Of a stretch of 22,985 nt of DNA, positions 1-8,306 are shown piece by piece. Positions within the stretch are counted from its first letter, which is position 1. Each line of letters begins with the position of its first letter. Under the pieces are notes generated by a model that had not been told where the DNA came from, did no database searches, and saw only the letters and a list, made by a program, of their open reading frames with translations. The DNA is from Polyangiaceae bacterium (GTDB lineage: Bacteria; Myxococcota_A; Polyangia; Polyangiales; Polyangiaceae), in the NCBI GenBank assembly GCA_044222475.1, contig JBGANF010000126.1, positions 1 through 22,985 on the forward strand, given 5' to 3'. Made by a program: the position numbers and the translations under genes.

Positions 1-1
1 G

Positions 2-1903
2 GTCACGAGAAATCTCGGAGGCACGATCGATGGCACGCCGGCGATCACGGCGGCGAGTGGAGCGGTCACGGTGTTCGGTCGCGACCGCGACAGCGGAAAG
101 CTCGTGGCGATCACGCATGATGCTTCTGGTTGGGGCGACTGGTTCAGCGCTGCCTTGTGGAACGGCTTCACTCTCGCCGAGGCGCCCGTCGCCTTCGCTG
201 CGGATGGGACGCTCCGCGTCTACGGTGCCGACTCGATCGGTGCACTGAGCGAGACGGTGAAGAGCGGCGAGTGGAGCGGCTTCGCGTCGGTCAGCGCTTC
301 GTCGACCGATTTCGCGCCCGGCACGATCACCGACCCGCTGTCGAACCCGGGCATGGGCTGGATGCTCGAAGAGATGGCCTACTTCACCGGCCACGCCGGC
401 GACGCGACGGACGGCACCGTCCCCGACGCCGAGTACTACCCGGCGAGCGTGTGCCGCAACTACGACTGGAACCTCGTCGACACGGTGGAGCTCATCGAGA
501 CGTGGAGCTGGATCCAACGCCAAGGCCCGACGTCGTTCGATTGGACGCGCCTCGACAACATGATCGCGTACTGGGTCGGGCGTGGGAAACGCATATCGCT
601 CCGCGTGACGACGGACGACATCGGCTGCTACGAGCCGATGTTTCTCGGCGGCGGTCCGGGCTCGCGCATGCCAGATCGCAACGGTTGCGCGGGACCGCCG
701 AGCTGGCTGTGGAACGACGTCGCGAAGTTCTCCTACTTCGACGAAGATGCCGAGTGGGAGTTTCCGGACTACGCGAGCCCGAAGTTCCTCTCCGCGTACA
801 CTGCGTTCGTCCACGAGTACGCGAAGCACTATGCAAACCATCCGAGCGTGGATCTCGTCGACCTCCACGCCTACGGTCAGTGGGGCGAGTGGCACTCGTC
901 GGAGGACGAGAACGCGAGCGCGCCGCCGTACCAGTTCGGCGCCGACGACGACGTGCGCAAACAGACCCTCGCGAAGCTCGTGGACGTGTGGAGCAGCGAG
1001 TTCTCGAACACCATCCTCCCGCTCTCGGCGTCGTACGAATACCGGTCGCCGACGAAGCGTTGGAACATCGGGACGCTGCGGGCCGCGGACCCGACGTCGG
1101 TGCCCTCGCCCTTCGACTACTACCGCTCGATCTCCGCGTTCGACGTCGCGTTCGCGAAACCCAACGTGACCGTGCGGCGCGACGGCTACGACGGTCTTCC
1201 CGAGACGACCATCTTCTCGCAGTTCGACGGACGCCTTCTGTTGGACGAAGGTTTCGGCCATGCGACGAAGAGGGTCCCAGCCGTCGCCGAGTTCAAGACG
1301 AACTACTTCGGGGCAACGCACGACGACGACGGCAACCCGAAGGACCGCGTCGACGCGATGCTCCAGCAAGTGAAGGACTACCACAACAACTACGCGATGC
1401 TGATCGGATGGGGCTGCAACGTTGGACCGATCGGGTTCGACGCGAAGAAGTTCCATCAGGAGGACACGAAGCGCATGCAGTCGATGCTGCAAGCAGGCGG
1501 GTTGGGCTATCGCTTCGAGATGACGAGCGCCACGTTCCCCCATCAGATCGACGCGGCGACCAACGAGTTGACGATCACGACGTCGTGGAGGAACACCGCG
1601 GTGGGCAGGGCGATCACGAGCTACGACCTCGCGTTCTACCTCGTGCGTACGTCGGACCACTCCGTCGTCGCCTGGACGCAGCGGAAGCAACCGACGGAGG
1701 ACCTGCGCGATTGGGTAGGTGGAGCCGTGCACAAGGTCACCGCGACCTTCGGGCCGAACGGCGGCTTCACGAAGCCGGCGCCGGGTGAGTATCGACTCAT
1801 GGTCGCGCTCGTCGATCCGGCGACGGGCGTGCCGAAGGTCAACCTCGCGATGCCGAAGAGCGAGGGAAATCTGGCTCCGATGGGCGTGCTCTACGTGCGG
1901 TAG
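2..1903 (+). CDS. 5'-truncated DUF4832-type glycoside hydrolase-like protein with N-terminal lectin-like beta-propeller repeats
   Basis: Frame is open from position 2 (VTRNLGGTIDGTPAITAASGAVTVFGR...), so the start lies outside the window. Two repeats (GG/NG..G/E.P......VFGR/VYGA....W..W/F) resemble PLL/fucose-lectin blades. NPGMGW, WSWIQ...FDWTRLD, YGQWGEWH, LGYRF and WRNTAVG...GEYRLMVAL match DUF4832-associated TIM-barrel proteins. Confidence 0.7.
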   Translation, partial: VTRNLGGTIDGTPAITAASGAVTVFGRDRDSGKLVAITHDASGWGDWFSAALWNGFTLAEAPVAFAADGTLRVYGADSIGALSETVKSGEWSGFASVSASSTDFAPGTITDPLSNPGMGWMLEEMAYFTGHAGDATDGTVPDAEYYPASVCRNYDWNLVDTVELIETWSWIQRQGPTSFDWTRLDNMIAYWVGRGKRISLRVTTDDIGCYEPMFLGGGPGSRMPDRNGCAGPPSWLWNDVAKFSYFDEDAEWEFPDYASPKFLSAYTAFVHEYAKHYANHPSVDLVDLHAYGQWGEWHSSEDENASAPPYQFGADDDVRKQTLAKLVDVWSSEFSNTILPLSASYEYRSPTKRWNIGTLRAADPTSVPSPFDYYRSISAFDVAFAKPNVTVRRDGYDGLPETTIFSQFDGRLLLDEGFGHATKRVPAVAEFKTNYFGATHDDDGNPKDRVDAMLQQVKDYHNNYAMLIGWGCNVGPIGFDAKKFHQEDTKRMQSMLQAGGLGYRFEMTSATFPHQIDAATNELTITTSWRNTAVGRAITSYDLAFYLVRTSDHSVVAWTQRKQPTEDLRDWVGGAVHKVTATFGPNGGFTKPAPGEYRLMVALVDPATGVPKVNLAMPKSEGNLAPMGVLYVR

Positions 1904-1906
1904 CGC

Positions 1907-2269
1907 TCACTTGGGCGGACGGGAGCTTCGGCGCTCCGCGCGCGGGTCACCCGCGTCGGCGCGTCGGCGGTGCTCGAGCGGGACCGAGAGCTCGGCCGCG
2001 ACGCGCAGGCGCATGTCGTGTGCTGCGCGCTCGATCGCGTCGGCCACGTTGGTCGCCGACGCCTCGCAGGCGAGGGTACGACCTTCACGCACCGTCACCG
2101 TGAGCCCGCAGCGCTTCGTCGGCCCGCGGTCGTCGGTCGCCGGCACGTCGAACCGGACGACGTCGATGGAGTCGCGGAACGACGAGAACGTCTCGAGCGC
2201 GATTTGGCGCCCCAGAGCCCGCCGCGCGGACGAGAGGGGGCCGGAGAAGCATTCGACGTCGATCAGCAT
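1907..2269 (-). CDS. HPF/RaiA (sigma-54 modulation/S30AE) family ribosome-associated protein, divergent
   Basis: 120 aa; FSSFRDSIDVVRF..DDRGPTKRCGLTVTV...ADAIERAAHDMRLRV follows the short HPF/RaiA-like pattern. Confidence 0.6.
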   Translation of the reverse strand: MLIDVECFSGPLSSARRALGRQIALETFSSFRDSIDVVRFDVPATDDRGPTKRCGLTVTVREGRTLACEASATNVADAIERAAHDMRLRVAAELSVPLEHRRRADAGDPRAERRSSRPPK

Positions 2270-2325
2270 GCTTCTGGGCTAAAGGACCGGCCGGCAAAGG
2301 GCCAAGTTTTTGCCGGGGGATCGTC

Positions 2326-2331
2326 TATCAT
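2326..2331 (+). promoter_or_regulatory. Putative -10 hexamer TATCAT, leaderless start of the cNMP gene
   Basis: TATCAT lies 7 nt before GTG 2339, with no Shine-Dalgarno in between. Confidence 0.55.
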
Positions 2332-2338
2332 CGACCCC

Positions 2339-3793
2339 GTGACGCGGGAAAAAGCCTGGGAGACGGTCGCCGCGTTTCTGCGCCAAGAGTTCGGGCGCTT
2401 GCTCGACGTGCGCGACGTGCGCCGCATTCGTCGAGTCTCCGGTGAAGGCTTCAAGGTCACCGTCGTGCTCGCCGCGCCCTCGGGTGACCTCCACGTCGCC
2501 GACCTCACCCTCGACGAGACCGGCGCGATAACTCCGGTGCTCGACGGCGACGCCATCATCGAGGCCGTGCGCCGCGCGCAGACCGTGTCGATGTTGCCGC
2601 CCCCTCCCACCGACGAGATGGGCGGAATGGAGGACTTCGGCGCGCCCGAGGAGGACAACCTCGACAACCTCGAGATGATGGAGGACCCGGCCGAGGTCCG
2701 CATCGAGAACGCGCTGAAGCGCGGTGACCCGGCATCGCTCCGTGAGGCGCGCGATCTGCTGCCGCGCTTGCTCACCGATCACGAGAAGCGTGGAGCGGCC
2801 CTGCTCACGATGGCCGACGTCGAGCACAAGCTCGCCGAGAACGGGCTCGCGAAGGGATACCTCGAAGCCGCCGCTCGCGAGTTCGGCGATCGATTCGACA
2901 TGGCCTCGCTCGAGAAGGCGGCCGGCATGGCGCTCGAGATCCTCGGCAAGGACGCATACGCGGGCTCACCGATCTACGCGCTGCTCGAAGAGAGCCGCGC
3001 ACGATTGAAGCCGATGAACGAGCTGTTCGCGTGTCGCAGCTTCGCTGGCATGCCCGACGAGCTCCGCGGTCTGATCGAGCCCCACGTCGAGCTGCGCACG
3101 CTCGCCCCGGGCGAGGACCTCGTCACCGAAGGGTGGCCGTCGAAGAACGTGTTCCTCGTGAAGAGCGGGCTCCTCGGCGTGTGGCTCGAGAAGCCGTCGG
3201 GCGGACAGTGGCTCGTGCGCTGCTGTTTCCCAGGGTGGTTGCTCGGCGAGTCGAGCGTTCTCGTCGAGGACGACCCGCGCTGCACCGCGACCCTGCGCGC
3301 GGAGCGCGTCTCCGAAGTGTGGACGCTCCCCGCACCCGCCGTGCGGAAGGCGATGCAGAAGGTGCCCGAGTTCGCCGAGCGGATCGCCTCGACGAAGCAG
3401 CTCCACCGCATCGACTCGTTCTTCTCCATGCACGAGACGATGGGCCAGCTCGACGTGCAGGTGCGCGATCAGATGCTCTCGTGCATCCAGCGCCTCGAGA
3501 CGTTCGACTCGGAGACGATCATCCTCCCCGCCAACGAGCCGCCGAGTGTCGCGTGCCTCGTCGCCCGCGGCGAGATCGCGCTGTTCGATCCGGCGAAGCC
3601 GCAGGCGCCGGTGGCGACGATCGGCGCGGACTCGTTCTACGGCGTCCGCGACTCGATCCATCAGATCGCCACCGGCTTCGAAGGAGTCGCGCGCGCCGGG
3701 ACGACGATCGCGTTCTTCGACGGCGATCGGCTGCGCAAGCTGTGTCTCGCCAGCCCGGAGCACGTCGTCGCCGTGTTGGAGCGCCTCGGATGA
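2339..3793 (+). CDS. Tandem cyclic-nucleotide-binding domain protein with N-terminal TPR-like helical region
   Basis: LAPGEDLVTEGWPSKNVFLVKSG...PGWLLGESSVL...TATLRA is cNMP domain 1; IILPANEP..ACLVARGEI..IGADSFYG is a degenerate domain 2. Start placed at GTG 2339 because the longer ORF overlaps the opposite-strand gene. Confidence 0.8.
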   Translation: MTREKAWETVAAFLRQEFGRLLDVRDVRRIRRVSGEGFKVTVVLAAPSGDLHVADLTLDETGAITPVLDGDAIIEAVRRAQTVSMLPPPPTDEMGGMEDFGAPEEDNLDNLEMMEDPAEVRIENALKRGDPASLREARDLLPRLLTDHEKRGAALLTMADVEHKLAENGLAKGYLEAAAREFGDRFDMASLEKAAGMALEILGKDAYAGSPIYALLEESRARLKPMNELFACRSFAGMPDELRGLIEPHVELRTLAPGEDLVTEGWPSKNVFLVKSGLLGVWLEKPSGGQWLVRCCFPGWLLGESSVLVEDDPRCTATLRAERVSEVWTLPAPAVRKAMQKVPEFAERIASTKQLHRIDSFFSMHETMGQLDVQVRDQMLSCIQRLETFDSETIILPANEPPSVACLVARGEIALFDPAKPQAPVATIGADSFYGVRDSIHQIATGFEGVARAGTTIAFFDGDRLRKLCLASPEHVVAVLERLG

Positions 3794-4152
3794 CCGACCT
3801 CGTCCCGTGCAGCGCCTGCCGCCGGCATCGCCGCGGGAGCGAGGCGTGTGCCTTCTGCGCGCGTCGATCGGCGGCCTCCCTCGGGCTCGTCGCGCTCCTG
3901 ACGCTCTCGGCGTGCGGTGCAAGCGAGGTGCAGAAGCCCGTCGTCATCGAGCCGACGCCCACCGCGACGCCCGCGCCACCGCCGACGGACACGACACCGC
4001 CGCCCGCGCCTCCGCCGACCTCGAGCCCCACCGCGGGATCCGGGCGGCGGCCGCCTCGCGTCAAACCCGGAGAGCCGCAGCCGCCGCCGGAGCCCCAACC
4101 GGTGCCCCTCTACGGCTGCCCGCCGCCGCCCCTCGATGGCGAATTCGTGTGA
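3790..4152 (+). CDS. Small Pro-rich putative lipoprotein with N-terminal CxxC..CxxC motif and C-terminal YGxPP motif
   Basis: ATGA overlap with the upstream stop; MTDLVPCSACRRHRRGSEACAFC, hydrophobic stretch, lipobox LSAC, Pro/Thr linker, PLYGCPPP. Confidence 0.75.
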   Translation: MTDLVPCSACRRHRRGSEACAFCARRSAASLGLVALLTLSACGASEVQKPVVIEPTPTATPAPPPTDTTPPPAPPPTSSPTAGSGRRPPRVKPGEPQPPPEPQPVPLYGCPPPPLDGEFV

Positions 4153-4172
4153 TCCCGGTATCATGACGGAGC

Positions 4173-5813
4173 GTGCGTCTTCGCGTCGTCTTGGCTGCCC
4201 TCCTCGTCGCGTGCGGTGACTCGAGCGGCGGAGATCCGATCGACGGGGGAGCGGATCGCACCACGACGACCGATGGCTCCAGCGACGCCGCAGTCGACTC
4301 TTCGAGCGATGCACCGACGATCGATGGCGGCGCCGGCGTGCGCTACGGCGCGCTCGTCCAGAAATCGGTGCATAATGCATACGATCGCGACGAACCGCTG
4401 TTCGATCAGCTCGCGTTCCACCGTGTGCGCAGCGTCGAGATCGACCTTCACGACGGAAAGACGCTGCGTCCCTCGCTGTCGTTCGATTGGTACGTCTACC
4501 ACGCCGACGCACCTGGCCTGAACGCCACCAGCTGCGACCGATTCTCCGACTGCCTCGACGAGATCGCCGCGTTCGAGCGCGCCGTGCCCGAGCACGAGGT
4601 GCTCACCGTCCTCGTCGACCTCAAGGACGACCTCGCCGGCGTGCACGACGGAAAGGCGCTCGACGCTCTGATCACGTCGCGCATCGGCGCGTCGCTCTAT
4701 CGCCCGAGCGATCTCGCCGCTGCGTGTCCCGCCGCCACGAACCTGCGCGGCGCCGTCACCGGCGGCTGCGCGTGGCCCACGCTCGACGCGCTGCGAGGTC
4801 GCGTCCTCTTCGTGCTCACCGGAGGAAGCTCCTGCAACGGCCAAGGCAAGCTCGCCACGTACGCCGGCGCGACCGGGCTCGCTCCCGCGGCGTTCATCGC
4901 GCCGAGCATCGACGACACGTGCACGTTCCCGGCCTACGCCGGCCAGAACGACGTCGTCTTCTACAACATGGACCTACCTCACGCCGCGGCGGCTGCGGCA
5001 GTGCGGAGCGCGGGCTTCGTCGGTCGCGTCTACAAGGGCGGCATCGGTGGCGGGCTCGACGCCCAGGTCGATTGGGACGAAGCCAAGGCCGACGGCGCGC
5101 ATCTGCTCGCGACCAACAAGGTGAACGCGTTCTTCGACCCGTGGGCCACGACGATGGGACCGAAGGGTTTCCCGTTCTCGTGCGCGGGAAGCTGCACGCT
5201 ACCTCTGACCGAGCGCGGCCGGACGCTCGGCGTCGACGTGCGCTCGGGCGACATCGAGGGAGGCGCCGACTCGTTCACGTTCCTCCACGACGACGTCACG
5301 GCGGCTGCGACGTGGGAAGGCGCGATCGCGGTTCCGAGCTCGCACGTGGAGGAGTGGGCGAAGGCGTGCATCATGGCGCGCGTGTCGCTCTCGCCGGGCA
5401 GCCCGTACTTCGCGGTGTGCCGCACCGCCGACGTTCACCGGATGCGCATTCAGTACCGCACGACGCCAGGCGGCGGCACGACGAAGGTCGAGATGGCGCC
5501 GCGCCCCGAGTGGACGGACGAGAGCATCTTCTTCGCGCGGCTCGCGGTGAACGGCACGAGCGTCATCGGATCGGGATCGACCGACGGAAAGAGCTGGGTC
5601 ACGATCGGGCAGGCGACGATGCCGCAAGCGCCGACGCTGCAGGGGGCAGCGGCGAGCGGGCACGACAGCCCGTCGAACGTGCGTCTCTTCTTCGTCGAGC
5701 TCGGGCGCACCGAAGGATCGAAGAAGGTCCAGCTCACGAAGGCGAGCGCGAAGACACAAGTCTGCGTCGGTACGTGCCCGACCTGGACGTTCTTCGACGG
5801 CGTCGTTCCCTAG
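4173..5813 (+). CDS. Lipoprotein: Ca-dependent PI-specific phospholipase C-like domain plus C-terminal ConA-like beta-sandwich
   Basis: Lipobox LVAC; QKSVHNAY...DQL...VRSVEIDLH, WYVYH, VDLKDD and WPTLDALRGRVLFVL match PI-PLC-like phosphodiesterases; DIEGGADSFTF...WAKACIMAR.SL.PGS is a ConA-like module. TATCAT (4159-4164) is 8 nt before the GTG. Confidence 0.8.
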   Translation: MRLRVVLAALLVACGDSSGGDPIDGGADRTTTTDGSSDAAVDSSSDAPTIDGGAGVRYGALVQKSVHNAYDRDEPLFDQLAFHRVRSVEIDLHDGKTLRPSLSFDWYVYHADAPGLNATSCDRFSDCLDEIAAFERAVPEHEVLTVLVDLKDDLAGVHDGKALDALITSRIGASLYRPSDLAAACPAATNLRGAVTGGCAWPTLDALRGRVLFVLTGGSSCNGQGKLATYAGATGLAPAAFIAPSIDDTCTFPAYAGQNDVVFYNMDLPHAAAAAAVRSAGFVGRVYKGGIGGGLDAQVDWDEAKADGAHLLATNKVNAFFDPWATTMGPKGFPFSCAGSCTLPLTERGRTLGVDVRSGDIEGGADSFTFLHDDVTAAATWEGAIAVPSSHVEEWAKACIMARVSLSPGSPYFAVCRTADVHRMRIQYRTTPGGGTTKVEMAPRPEWTDESIFFARLAVNGTSVIGSGSTDGKSWVTIGQATMPQAPTLQGAAASGHDSPSNVRLFFVELGRTEGSKKVQLTKASAKTQVCVGTCPTWTFFDGVVP

Positions 5814-6181
5814 GCGCTCCGCGCGAGCTCGGCGTCGGCGACCTTCTTGCGCACATCGTCCATGTCGAGCGCGCGCACCTTGCCGACGAGCTCTTCGAGC
5901 ACCTTCGCCGGGAGCATTCCCGGCTGGGCAAACAGGAGGATCCCGTCGCGGAAGACCATCAGCGTCGGGATCGATCGGATGTCGAGCGACCCGGCGAGGT
6001 GCGGCTCCGCCTCGGTGTCGACCTTGGCCCAGGTGATGTCGGGGTGGCGCTTGGCCGCCGCCTCGAAGATGGGTGCGAAGGCGCGGCACGGACCGCACCA
6101 GCTCGCCCAGAAATCGATGATCACGATGCCGGGCTTTTCGATGGTCGAGGCGAACGTATCGAGGGTCATTTCGAGGGTCAT
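5810..6181 (-). CDS. trxA: Thioredoxin
   Basis: DFWASWCGPC active site and IRSIPTLMVF cis-Pro loop; SD GGAGA before ATG 6181. Confidence 0.93.
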   Translation of the reverse strand: MTLEMTLDTFASTIEKPGIVIIDFWASWCGPCRAFAPIFEAAAKRHPDITWAKVDTEAEPHLAGSLDIRSIPTLMVFRDGILLFAQPGMLPAKVLEELVGKVRALDMDDVRKKVADAELARSA

Positions 6182-6232
6182 GGCTTCTCCGTCGAGGGTG
6201 AGAGCCGGGCGCATCGAAGAAGGGTTCGCAGG

Positions 6233-6241
6233 TGCTAGAGT
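6233..6241 (+). promoter_or_regulatory. Extended -10 element TGcTAGAGT, leaderless start of the sigma-ZAS gene
   Basis: TG-n-TAGAGT lies 8 nt before ATG 6250; no SD. Confidence 0.55.
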
Positions 6242-6249
6242 CGAGCCCG

Positions 6250-7050
6250 ATGGCCACCTCGCCGGTCGACACCAACACCCTCGTGGAGCGCGCTCGCGGC
6301 GGCGACCGCGCGGCGCTCGAAGCGCTCCTCTCCAGCGTCGCGCCGGCGGTTCATCGCTTCGGCCTCCGGATGTGCAAGAACGCACACGACGCGGACGACG
6401 TCGTCCAAGACACGCTGATGGGCATCGTGAAGCACCTCGGCGAGTTCGAGGGTCGTTCGTCGCTCACCAGCTGGGTCTTCACGCTCACCCGCACCGCCTG
6501 CGCGCGCAAGCGCCGTGGGCTGAAGAACCGCCCTCCCGTCAGCGACGAGCGCATGGCCGACGAGCCCGATCGCGCGCCGAGCCCGGAAGCGGGAGCTGCG
6601 AGCCACGAGCTCGCGGGCGCTTTGTCGAAAGCACTCGACGATCTGCCGGACGAGTATCGCGAGGTGATCTTGCTCCGCGACGTGGAAGGACTCTCCGCGC
6701 CGGAGGCTGCCGAGTCGCTCGGCGTCACCGTCGACGCGCTGAAGAGCCGTCTCCACCGCGCACGAGAGGCGCTTCGTCGTGCGCTTCGCCCGATCCTCGA
6801 GCCCGCGAACGTCCCCGCGCCGACCGGTTGCCCCGACGTCGTCGCGATGTGGTCGTCGAAGCTGGAGGGCGATCTGAGTCAGGGCGACTGCGCCACGATG
6901 GAGAAGCACATCGCAGGCTGCCCTTCCTGCGGTGCCGCTTGCGATGCGCTTCGCGACGCTCTCCTCGCGTGTCAGCGCGTTCGTACCGAAGAGGTACCAC
7001 CCGAGATCCAGGCACGGGTGAAGGCCGCCGTGCGCGCGTGGGGGACCTGA
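6250..7050 (+). CDS. ECF sigma-70 factor with fused C-terminal zinc-finger anti-sigma (ZAS/zf-HC2) domain
   Basis: Region 2 DADDVVQDTL...FEGRSSLTSWVFTL; region 4 LPDEYREVILLRDVEGLS..E.A..LGVTVDALKSRLHRAR; C-terminal C-x25-H-x3-C-x2-C (GCPDV...HIAGCPSC). Confidence 0.92.
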   Translation: MATSPVDTNTLVERARGGDRAALEALLSSVAPAVHRFGLRMCKNAHDADDVVQDTLMGIVKHLGEFEGRSSLTSWVFTLTRTACARKRRGLKNRPPVSDERMADEPDRAPSPEAGAASHELAGALSKALDDLPDEYREVILLRDVEGLSAPEAAESLGVTVDALKSRLHRAREALRRALRPILEPANVPAPTGCPDVVAMWSSKLEGDLSQGDCATMEKHIAGCPSCGAACDALRDALLACQRVRTEEVPPEIQARVKAAVRAWGT

Positions 7051-7051
7051 G

Positions 7052-7396
7052 TCAGGCCTTCGTCCAGACGGCGAGCTCGTTGCCCGAAGGGTCCTGGAAG
7101 TGGAACCGCCGGCCACCGGGGAACTCGTGGTGGACGGTGACCTCGCCGCCGGCGCTCTTCACCGCGGCTTCGCTCGCCGCGAGATCGTCGGAGTAGAGGA
7201 TGATCATCGACCCGCCGCGGGTGGGCGCGACGTCGGACTTGCGCAACCCGCCGGAGAGGCCCGCGCCCTTCACGTCGGCGTACTCCGGGCCGTAGTCGAC
7301 GTACGTCCAACCGAACGCGGCAGAGTAGAACGCCTTCGCCTTCGCGATGTCGAGGACGGGGATCTCGAAGAAGTCGACGTGGTGGTGGGTGCTCAT
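7052..7396 (-). CDS. VOC family (glyoxalase/bleomycin resistance) protein
   Basis: HVDFFEIPVLDIAKAKAFYSAAFGW...FPGGRRFHFQDPSGNELAVW. Confidence 0.92.
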   Translation of the reverse strand: MSTHHHVDFFEIPVLDIAKAKAFYSAAFGWTYVDYGPEYADVKGAGLSGGLRKSDVAPTRGGSMIILYSDDLAASEAAVKSAGGEVTVHHEFPGGRRFHFQDPSGNELAVWTKA

Positions 7397-7412
7397 CTCG
7401 CGATGCGTACCA

Positions 7413-8246
7413 CTACTCCCAGTCGATCGTCAGGTTGTCGTATCGGATGCGCCAGTCGGTCGCAGAGGGCGATGCCGTGAAGCCGATGCCGGGGCTCACC
7501 GTGACGGGTCCGGGTCCGTACATGTTGGGCTCGAGCACTTGACTGCCGGCGGCGACTCCGTCGATGGACACGCTCAAGACGTGGGGCGTGCTGACGACGT
7601 CGATCGAAATCGCGACGCGCGTCCACTTGTCGAAGCGGGCCGCAGGGAGCGTGAGGTTGTGGGCGGGGATTCCGCCGTCGGCCAGGTAGGCCTCGGCTGC
7701 GAGCTGGGTGGCGTTGTTGGCGTCCGTGTTGAGGCGGAAATAGGTCGCGAAGCTGAAACCCGGTCCATCGAAGTGGATGTAGTCGATCTCGGCGTAGACG
7801 CTCTTCGTGTCCCGAGCCTCGACCTTGATGTCGTAGGCGACGCGTACTTTGCCCTTCGATCCGACGCTCGCGTGGTTCAAGGTGGCCGATGATGGGCCGT
7901 TGGCCGGCGGCGAGATCGTCAGAAGCGAGTTGGGGGACGAGCGAAAATCGGTGCCGTCGCGCGCGACCGAGCCTCCGGCGCGGGTGTAGACGCTGTCCCA
8001 TTTTGGGACGAACGAGCCCTGGTCGTCGAAATCGTCGCAGAAGCCCGGCGCAGGCAGGAGAGACGCGCAGTACCGCCCAGAGCCGCCGTCCGTTCCGCCT
8101 TCCGCTGCCGCCTCCTTCGGTGCGTCTACCGAGGCGTCGGACGGGCCCGTCCCACCGCCCGTCAGGGGGTCCACGTAGGGGTAGAGACACCGCGCCGCGC
8201 CGACGCCGAGCACGATCGCCGCTGCGACCCAGGAGCGCTTGGCCAT
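7413..8246 (-). CDS. Secreted/lipoprotein-like hypothetical protein with predicted ConA-like beta-sandwich
   Basis: Signal peptide ending AARC, acidic DAS/DGG linker, YCAS...FCDDFD, WTRVAISID, RYDNLTID. Extended -10 TGgTACGAT lies 8 nt before the ATG. Confidence 0.75.
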   Translation of the reverse strand: MAKRSWVAAAIVLGVGAARCLYPYVDPLTGGGTGPSDASVDAPKEAAAEGGTDGGSGRYCASLLPAPGFCDDFDDQGSFVPKWDSVYTRAGGSVARDGTDFRSSPNSLLTISPPANGPSSATLNHASVGSKGKVRVAYDIKVEARDTKSVYAEIDYIHFDGPGFSFATYFRLNTDANNATQLAAEAYLADGGIPAHNLTLPAARFDKWTRVAISIDVVSTPHVLSVSIDGVAAGSQVLEPNMYGPGPVTVSPGIGFTASPSATDWRIRYDNLTIDWE

Positions 8247-8270
8247 TCGTCGTCATCGTACCACGCTGAC

Positions 8271-8299
8271 TTGACGGGATGGGCGAAGGCTCCCACCCT
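8271..8299 (+). promoter_or_regulatory. Putative sigma70-type promoter TTGACG-N17-CACCCT for the first SigG-like gene
   Basis: TTGACG 8271-8276, 17-nt spacer, CACCCT 8294-8299, ATG 7 nt later. Confidence 0.45.
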
Positions 8300-8306
8300 G
8301 CGGTGG

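Noticed and set aside
7397..7445. SigG-type promoter for the first VOC gene
   Set aside because: Best match is CGACAA-N18-GTAGTGG, mismatched in both elements; a weak TGgTACGCA leaderless -10 is as plausible.
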